Shown here: one piece after another, positions 57,623-64,000 of the stretch
How positions within the stretch are numbered: position 1 is the stretch's first letter
Layout: every line of letters starts with the position of its first letter
From: Phycisphaerae bacterium
Lineage (GTDB): Bacteria; Planctomycetota; Phycisphaerae; UBA1845; Fen-1342
DNA length: 64,000 nucleotides
Direction of reading: 5' to 3'
NCBI GenBank assembly: GCA_963675745.2
Contig: CAXXWX010000007.1
Span: forward strand, 1-64,000
Notes under the pieces: model-generated
What the model was told of the DNA's origin: nothing
The model's database searches: none
The model's input: only the letters and a program-made list of their open reading frames with translations
Made by a program: the position numbers and the translations under genes

Positions 57623-58123
57623 GTGCCCGTACTTATCGACGGCAATAACTTGCTCCACGCGGTGCGCGCAATTGAAGACCCCGAGCGTCTGTTTGGCCGG
57701 TTTATGCTGAATGACGCGCTGGGTCGCTGGGTACATTGCACAGGCAATCGGGTTCACGTCGTTTATGACGGGCCGGCACCGACGGAAGACCTGGCGCAAC
57801 AGCTAGGCCACGCCGACATCCAGATGACGTTCAGCGGCAGTGGTGTAACTGCCGATGCCGTATTGCGTACGCTTCTCGAGAACGACTCGGCGGCGCGCAA
57901 TCTGCTTGTGGTCTCCTCTGACCACGAAGTGATGCGCTCAGCCAGGCGTCGCAGGGCACGCGCCATACGCTCGAACGAGTTCTGGGACACCTTGCAGCGC
58001 GATTTGGCGCGCCGAACAACCAAGACTCTTGAGCCGGAGGAGAAAAAGCACGGGCTCGAGCCCGATGCCACCGAACACTGGTTGCGCGAGTTCGGGCTGG
58101 ATGAGGGAACGGCAGACACGTGA
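57623..58123 (+). CDS. NYN/YacP-like PIN-domain ribonuclease
   Basis: LIDGNNL, VVYDG, TADAV, VVSSDHEV catalytic Asp motifs. Confidence 0.85.
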   Translation: MPVLIDGNNLLHAVRAIEDPERLFGRFMLNDALGRWVHCTGNRVHVVYDGPAPTEDLAQQLGHADIQMTFSGSGVTADAVLRTLLENDSAARNLLVVSSDHEVMRSARRRRARAIRSNEFWDTLQRDLARRTTKTLEPEEKKHGLEPDATEHWLREFGLDEGTADT

Positions 58124-58190
58124 CGTGCGGTTGCCGCTTTGCCGACGGATCGGTTTCGTATTGAAACACCGCGCGCGTAGGAGATGTACC

Positions 58191-58586
58191 ATGCTGTCGA
58201 CTACCCAACCCCACACCGCCCTGGACGATCCGGTACTTGCCACCGAGCGCCGGCTCGAAACGCGCGAGCGCCTTCGAGCCGATCTATGGATGGTCGATCA
58301 CAACGGCACAACCGTGCTGCGCTGCCGCTGTGTTGATGCCTCAGAACACGGGTTGCGCTTGCGCGTGCCGCTTGGATACGGCGTGGCCGAGGGGCAACGT
58401 TACGAGCTTCGTTCGCATTTGCCGGGTGTAGCGCCGACTCCTGGTTTCGGGATTGTCGGGCAGCGCTGGGCCACCGTCGTCAGGACATTGATACAGGTCG
58501 GTTTTGGTGAGGACCATCTCGAAGTGGGCGTGGTTCTCGACTCGAACGGCGCCGGTGCCTGGCCGGTCAGGGCAGCATCTGCCTGA
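58191..58586 (+). CDS. PilZ domain protein
   Basis: ERRLETR (RxxxR) and DASEHG (DxSxxG); AGGAGA RBS. Confidence 0.75.
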   Translation: MLSTTQPHTALDDPVLATERRLETRERLRADLWMVDHNGTTVLRCRCVDASEHGLRLRVPLGYGVAEGQRYELRSHLPGVAPTPGFGIVGQRWATVVRTLIQVGFGEDHLEVGVVLDSNGAGAWPVRAASA

Positions 58587-60018
58587 GCGCACGTTTCAGA
58601 ATCTTCCCCGTGGAGCCCCGCGGCAGTTCCGGCACGATCCGGATCTGCCGCGGTGTTTTATATCCCGCCAGATGCGCCCGGCAGTGGGCGTGCAGCTCGT
58701 CCGTACTGACCGCGCCTTCCTCGACAACCGTAACGAAGGCGACGGGCACTTCACCGCGCAGCGCGTCAGGCATGCCGATCACCGCGGCGTCACCGACCGC
58801 CGGGTGGGCGTCGAGGACAATCTCAACTTCGCGCGGCGAGACGTTCTCGCCGCCAATGATGATCAGATCCTTCAACCGTCCGGTGATCCACACAAATCCG
58901 TCGCCATCGACGTGCCCGATATCCCCGGTGTGTAAGACGCCGTCGCGCACGGCTGCCGTGGTTGCATCAGGCTGGTTGCGGTAGCCGCGCATCACGCAGT
59001 GGCCGCGGATGACGAGCTCACCATCCTGCCCCGCGCCAAGGCGCCACCCGCGCTCGTCAACCGCCCACACTTCCAGCCCGGGAAGCGGCCGGCCAACCGA
59101 GCCCGGCCGGTATGCATCCTCGGTGTTCAGCGCGACGACGGGCGATGCCTCGCTCATGCCGTAACCTTCATGGATGCGCTTGCCAAACCGCCGTTCAAAC
59201 GTCTCAGCCACACTGCGGGGGAGCGGTTCGCCGCCACTGATGGCCAACTCGAGCGATGCTACGGCTTCGGGATCGGCCGATTTCACCCGCGCCAGCGCGC
59301 CAAACATGCTGGCGATCGTGATAAACACGCTGATCCGCCGCTGCGCGATCGTGTTGAGCACGGTGGTGGGTGTGAAGCGGGGGATGTAATGCACCGCCGC
59401 GCCGAGCAGCAGCGGGACAACCGTCAGCGTCGTGAACCCGAAACCGTGGAATTGTGGGATGATGCCGAGGAAAACGTGCTCGGGCGACAGCCGCGCATGC
59501 TCGATGCTGGCCAGTGCGTTGCGCGTGATATTGGCGAATGTCAGTTCGACGCCCTTGGCCGCGCCGGTGGTCCCGGAGGTGTAGATGATCACCGCGAGAT
59601 CATCATCCCGCGCGTCGGGGGCTTGGCCCGCGCCGGGAATCAGGCTCTGCGCGTCGAGCACGAGCGTGCGCACACCGCCGCCGCTGACAGCCGGCGCGAA
59701 GCGTTCGATCGTGAGCACGAGGTCCAGGCCCGCATCGGCGATGATCGCGCCGAGTTCTTCGCGAGCCAGCATGAAGTTGAGTGGCACGGGCGTCTTGCCG
59801 GCGTACCAGCAGGCGAAGATGGCCGCCGCACACGCGGACGACGTGGGCGCCAGGATGCCCACGCGTGTGGCCGCCGTGTGAGCGCCAATCTGCCCGGCCA
59901 GTCCGCACGCAACCGCCCGAAAACCGCCGTAGTCAAGCTCCAGACGTTCGTCGCTGACGGCCGCGTGCGACGCGAACCTGGTTACGCTGGCCTCCAACCG
60001 GTCAAGCAGAGGGTGCAT
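58567..60018 (-). CDS. AMP-dependent acyl-CoA synthetase (long-chain fatty acid-CoA ligase-like)
   Basis: IIYTSGTTGAAKG, EGYGMSE, LHTGD, GRLKD, TGKILK. Confidence 0.9.
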   Translation of the reverse strand: MHPLLDRLEASVTRFASHAAVSDERLELDYGGFRAVACGLAGQIGAHTAATRVGILAPTSSACAAAIFACWYAGKTPVPLNFMLAREELGAIIADAGLDLVLTIERFAPAVSGGGVRTLVLDAQSLIPGAGQAPDARDDDLAVIIYTSGTTGAAKGVELTFANITRNALASIEHARLSPEHVFLGIIPQFHGFGFTTLTVVPLLLGAAVHYIPRFTPTTVLNTIAQRRISVFITIASMFGALARVKSADPEAVASLELAISGGEPLPRSVAETFERRFGKRIHEGYGMSEASPVVALNTEDAYRPGSVGRPLPGLEVWAVDERGWRLGAGQDGELVIRGHCVMRGYRNQPDATTAAVRDGVLHTGDIGHVDGDGFVWITGRLKDLIIIGGENVSPREVEIVLDAHPAVGDAAVIGMPDALRGEVPVAFVTVVEEGAVSTDELHAHCRAHLAGYKTPRQIRIVPELPRGSTGKILKRALRQMLP

Positions 60019-60094
60019 CGGCGCTGATCCCTGATTGCAAAATCCGCTGATCGCGGACCGGCCGATCTTCACCGGCCGACAGATATACCCGTGG

Positions 60095-61012
60095 TTACAG
60101 ACCGTCGAAGAGAGCGTCGACAAACGCATTCGGATCGAAGGGTTCGATATGCTCGATGCCCTCGCCCAGCCCGACGAACTTCACCGGGATATCAAGCTGA
60201 TCGCGGATGCCCACGACAATGCCGCCCTTGGCCGAACCGTCCAGTTTCGCGAGAAACAGGCCGGTCACATTTGTAACCTCGGCGAACGTCTTCGCCTGGT
60301 TGATGGCGTTCTGGCCGATGGTGGCGTCCAGCACCAGCAGCGTCTCGTGGGGCGCCTCCGGCAAACGCTTTTGCACGACGCGGTGGATCTTGCCCAACTC
60401 GCGCATCAGGTGGTCCTGCGTGTGCAGGCGTCCGGCGGTATCAAGCAGAAGCACATCCACCTTGCGGGCGATGGCGGCCTCCACGGCGTCGAACGCCACC
60501 GCCGCCGGATCGCTGCCCGGCTGGTGCTTGACGATTCCAACACCGGCGCGTTCGGCCCAGATGCCGAGCTGATCGATGGCGGCGGCGCGAAATGTGTCAC
60601 ACGCTCCCAATAGCACTGACTGGCCGTTTTGCCGGAGATAGTGGGCCAGCTTCGCGACCGTGGTTGTCTTGCCCGATCCGTTGATGCCGACGACAAAGAC
60701 AACCGTGGGCGGCGTGTCAGCCAGCCGCAGCGCTCGATCGCCGGCGTTCCAGGTTCCGACGATGCGCTGCTTGAGGAACGGGAGGATCTCCTGCGCCTCG
60801 CTGATCTGGCCGTTTTTCCAGGCGTCCCGAATCTCGTCGTGCAACGCCATTACCGCGCGCGGGCCCATGTCGCCGGTGAGCATCGCGTCCGCCAGCTCAT
60901 CCAGCAGATTCTCGTCAATCTTGCGGCCGATCGTGAGGATCCGTCGCAAGCCGCCGAGCACCTTGTCGCGTGTCTTGGTCAGCCCCTTCTTGAATGCGTC
61001 AAACAATCCCAT
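60095..61012 (-). CDS. ftsY: signal recognition particle receptor
   Basis: GINGSGKTTT, DTFRAAA, DTAGR, KLDGSAKGG. Confidence 0.96.
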   Translation of the reverse strand: MGLFDAFKKGLTKTRDKVLGGLRRILTIGRKIDENLLDELADAMLTGDMGPRAVMALHDEIRDAWKNGQISEAQEILPFLKQRIVGTWNAGDRALRLADTPPTVVFVVGINGSGKTTTVAKLAHYLRQNGQSVLLGACDTFRAAAIDQLGIWAERAGVGIVKHQPGSDPAAVAFDAVEAAIARKVDVLLLDTAGRLHTQDHLMRELGKIHRVVQKRLPEAPHETLLVLDATIGQNAINQAKTFAEVTNVTGLFLAKLDGSAKGGIVVGIRDQLDIPVKFVGLGEGIEHIEPFDPNAFVDALFDGL

Positions 61013-61023
61013 GTGCCAGGTTC

Positions 61024-61551
61024 TCACTCATGTGTGGAAGGCGTCTGGTTAGCCGAAGGACCCGCTGCGTCCGCCGGCGGTGGAGCATTCGGTCCCTCGG
61101 GGGCCTCCGCCAACCCCTGTTCGCGCCGGATCCCATCCAGCACGCCATTCACGAACCCCGGAGAATCCACGTCGCCGAACCGTCGGGCCAACTCGATGGC
61201 CTCGTTGATCACCACCTGGTGCGGCGTTTCCGGGCAATCAAGCAGCTCGTGCAAGCCGATCCGCAGAATGTTGCGATCGATCGGCGCCATGCGTTGGACC
61301 GACCAGCCGGTGACTGCGGCGCTCAGCAGCTTGTCGTAAACACCTTGCCCCTGCCACGCGGCGCGGGCCAATTGACGGGCAAATGACAGCACCTCGGGTG
61401 GAAGTGGGCGTTTAATGCCCAGGTCGTGCTGGTTTACGGTATCGCGCAGAAACTCGTCAATCAGCTCATCGAACGTCGCCCCCAGCACGTCATACAGACA
61501 CGCCGCCTGGAGAGCCAACATTCGCGCTTGCGACCGTTTTCGATGTGGCAT
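61024..61551 (-). CDS. nusB: transcription antitermination factor
   Basis: RKRSQARMLALQ, IDRNILR, VVINEAIELA, FVNGVLD. Confidence 0.95.
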   Translation of the reverse strand: MPHRKRSQARMLALQAACLYDVLGATFDELIDEFLRDTVNQHDLGIKRPLPPEVLSFARQLARAAWQGQGVYDKLLSAAVTGWSVQRMAPIDRNILRIGLHELLDCPETPHQVVINEAIELARRFGDVDSPGFVNGVLDGIRREQGLAEAPEGPNAPPPADAAGPSANQTPSTHE

Positions 61552-61585
61552 ATGCGAGTGTCGGCCGTGGTGAGGGAATCCCGGT

Positions 61586-62056
61586 CTACTGCGCGAGCGC
61601 CGGCAGCAGGTTACACATTTCGATCGCGGCCAGGGCCGCGTCGGCGCCCTTGTTGCCATGCTTGGTACCGGCTCGATCAACCGCCTGTTCGACCGAGTCA
61701 GCCGTGATGATTCCGAATGTGACGGGTACGCCGGTCATCAGCGAGACCTGCGCGATGCCCTTGGTGACCTCGTTGGCCACGTACTCAAAGTGTGGCGTTT
61801 GGCCGCGGATCACGCAGCCCAGACAAATGACGGCGCCGTATTTCCCACTCTGCGCCAGCTTCAGCGCCGTAAGCGGGATTTCAAACGAGCCGGGCACCAG
61901 CACCTGCGTGATCCTGGTCTCGTCGCCGCCGTGCCGGACGATGGTGTCCATGGCCCCATCGACGAGGCGGCGTGTGATAAAGTCGTTCCAGCGCGATACA
62001 ACCAGCGCGAAGTTGCACTGGCCGGCATCGAGTTTCGCGGAAATCACGGTTGGCAT
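61586..62056 (-). CDS. ribH: 6,7-dimethyl-8-ribityllumazine synthase
   Basis: [30 protein letters not shown]. Confidence 0.96.
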   Translation of the reverse strand: MPTVISAKLDAGQCNFALVVSRWNDFITRRLVDGAMDTIVRHGGDETRITQVLVPGSFEIPLTALKLAQSGKYGAVICLGCVIRGQTPHFEYVANEVTKGIAQVSLMTGVPVTFGIITADSVEQAVDRAGTKHGNKGADAALAAIEMCNLLPALAQ

Positions 62057-62176
62057 GGCCTGACTCTGATCCTGGAGTTAGTTAATCCGAACAAGCCAGT
62101 TTACTCCACGCGTACCGCAGCGGCAACCACAACCGCCGACCCTGGCACGTCTTGCGGGTCACGGCGTGGATTTCAT

Positions 62177-62204
62177 TTGCCTGTCTATCTACCCGTGCTA
62201 TACT
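62177..62204 (+). promoter_or_regulatory. sigma70-type promoter divergent from ribH
   Basis: TTGCCT-N16-TATACT with TG extension at 62196-62197. Confidence 0.6.
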
Positions 62205-62210
62205 CCGTTT

Positions 62211-62535
62211 TGTACGAGTAACACCGTTCGCAACGGCGGGCCCGACGGCCTGCCGCTCAGGTCTCGAAGTTCGGTGTGAAGCGCGATACACGATCTGGTG
62301 TCGCCGCACCCTGTTCAAGGCGCGTCTTACGCACCACGTAGCCGCTATCGGGGAATCGCCGAAATCGAGGTCCGGGCGCCAGCGTGCGTTGTCGCACGGT
62401 CCAAAACGATGGCGACGCCTCGTGTCAGCGGAGCGTCGCGAATGCGCCGAGAAAGGGTACAGGTGCCGCGGGAGGGTGTGTCGCGACAACTTCGCGGCAG
62501 GCCGCGGCGCGAGTTCCTTTTCTCGGCGTTTTTTT
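62211..62535 (+). ncRNA. unassigned structured RNA candidate, about 325 nt
   Basis: Promoter upstream, long irregular rod plus hairpins, closing 13-bp helix followed by T7; no credible ORF. Confidence 0.45.
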
Positions 62536-63154
62536 GTGCCGCCGGGTGCGGGCAATCGTGATTTGCTCCGGCACGTCAGCCCGGCGACGCCGGCCAGCGC
62601 GGATCAGCAGTACAAAGGGCGCGACGAAGGGCCTGGCCCACGCCGCGACTAACAGACCGATGCCCAGGCTCCGGAAAGCCGTGGTCCTCACGCCAACGCC
62701 GACAGGTGCCGGGCCGGTCTACTCAGAATGTCGTGAGAGAGTCCTCTGCTGGCGCCGCCGTCCACTTCGCGCCGGCGGCACCGGTGCGCGGGCGCCCCCG
62801 CGCGAAGACTGTCGTCAGCGAGGGCAAAGCGGGGATGGGAGCGAGAGATGCGCGGTCGCGCGCGCCGCTGCAGCAGGAAGACTCCCCATTCGGTTGGGGC
62901 GCGAAGCCCAAGGGCTCCGGCGCTCGCCGGGAGCGCGGCCGACATCTCGCCAGAGGCGGGCAGGAGCAAGTCCTGCCTGAGGCCGGGCTGGCAAGTCAAA
63001 CGCACCGGCCGCCGACGTCGCCTGTGGTAAACACCGGCGGCGGACGTTTCTCCGAGTTCCAGGATCGTTTAGCATCGTGTCACACAACGCTCGCCGGTCA
63101 CGTGGCCGGCGACAGGGGTGACATCCAGCACCGCTTGGGAATAGGTGGGCACAT

Positions 63155-64000
63155 ATGTCCTCTTGCGAGACCATCCGCGAGTTCTTTCGGCACAACGACT
63201 GGGGGCGCGACAGAATCCTGGCGCTGGCGGATCCACTTGACGATGCTCAGCTCGATCGCGAGTTTGAGATGGGGCGCGGCTCGCTACGCCAAACAATCAT
63301 CCATTTGTGGGGCGCCGAACGGTACTGGCTGAACTGCTGGCTAGCTCCCCACAACCCCGCCGAGATAGACCCGGTGTCACCCGCCGGCATCGCCGACCTG
63401 CGCGCGTTGTTCCGCGCCACCGCCGCCGAGCGCGAGCGGTTCTTATCGTCGCTCAGTGACGACGATCTGCGCAGCGAAGTGGTTGTGCGGCACTCGACTG
63501 GAGATGAGGACACACTCGTCCTTGCGGACATGATGCTGCACGTCTGCAACCACGGCGCACACCACCGCGCCCAGGCGCTGAACATGTTGAGGCACCTCGG
63601 CGTGGCCGTACCCAACCTTGGCTACCTGTTCATGAAGGTGGAGCATCCAACCGTCAGGTTCGAGCCAGAGTCGGCCGGGAAGCTGCGTGAAGGCGGCCTT
63701 ACCGTCGGTGAAGAACCGCTGCCGCCGGTAGACTTCGACCCGGCACTGCTGTCCCGTGGCCTGGCATACGGCGACTGGGCCAGCAAGCGCATCGTCGCTT
63801 CCGCCGGGAAGCTCGATGACCAGCGCCTCGACCAGCCGTTTGAGATGGGGCTGGGTACCTTGCGCAAAACGCTGCTGCACATCGTCGATGCCGAAAGCTG
63901 GTGGGTGGATAACTGGACCGGCGCGGCGCAGCCTGAATGGGAGAAGACGGCTGAGACCACGGCGATTGGCGAGCTTGTGTCCACGTTTGCGGAGGTGCGC
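63155..64000 (+). CDS. DinB/YfiT family protein with tandem domains (3'-truncated; absent from ORF track)
   Basis: Hand translation MSSCETIREFFRHNDWGRDRIL...EFEMGRGSLRQTIIHLWGAE...LHVCNHGAHHRAQ, then a second FEMGLGTLRKTLLHIVDAE; runs off the window. Confidence 0.88.
   Translation, partial: MSSCETIREFFRHNDWGRDRILALADPLDDAQLDREFEMGRGSLRQTIIHLWGAERYWLNCWLAPHNPAEIDPVSPAGIADLRALFRATAAERERFLSSLSDDDLRSEVVVRHSTGDEDTLVLADMMLHVCNHGAHHRAQALNMLRHLGVAVPNLGYLFMKVEHPTVRFEPESAGKLREGGLTVGEEPLPPVDFDPALLSRGLAYGDWASKRIVASAGKLDDQRLDQPFEMGLGTLRKTLLHIVDAESWWVDNWTGAAQPEWEKTAETTAIGELVSTFAEVR

Noticed and set aside
62057..62400. FMN riboswitch upstream of ribH
   Set aside because: No GGTGAAATTCC/ACCGGCGGT/GATGGGAG conserved blocks on the minus strand
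62452..62470. T-box antiterminator
   Set aside because: GGGTACAGGTGCCGCG lacks the TGGN-ACC bulge, and no aminoacyl-tRNA or amino-acid gene follows
1..64000. CRISPR array, integrase, transposase or prophage
   Set aside because: No regularly spaced direct repeats and no recombinase, transposase, cas or phage structural motifs were seen in the ORFs
1..64000. Selenoprotein (UGA read-through) or tRNA-Sec near selB
   Set aside because: TGA-ending genes appear full length, and no tRNA with a TCA anticodon was recognised by eye

Overview
High-GC bacterial chromosome segment, most likely a planctomycete of class Phycisphaerae. That call is inferred from the DUF1559-type prepilin, PEP-CTERM, dockerin-like C-terminus, OmcB-like proteins, McsAB and GT3 glycogen synthase. 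Most of the window is housekeeping: lpdA (partial), mcsA-mcsB, rsgA, a prpD-gltA-prpB-prpC methylcitrate operon, tRNA-Gly(TCC), gcvT, udgB, a cold-shock gene, an ABC-2 exporter, rarD, selB, proC, mnmA, ftsY-nusB-ribH. The less ordinary items are: (1) a 49-aa orphan Tlde1/DUF2778-like toxin tip missed by the ORF track, followed by a lipoprotein, next to tRNA-Gly; (2) a cell-surface cassette of dockerin-like protein, pseudopilin, PAS/HAMP kinase, GacA-like regulator, GTAGG boxes, PEP-CTERM protein and a 1357-aa Cys-rich mosaic protein; (3) two unassigned structured non-coding regions (about 25982-26090 and 62211-62535); (4) two homologous GTAG-type REP doublets about 38 kb apart; (5) tandem Chlamydia-OmcB-like paralogues; (6) selB split by a frameshift. 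No CRISPR array, integrase or transposase was seen. All product calls come from motif recognition by eye; no database search was run.
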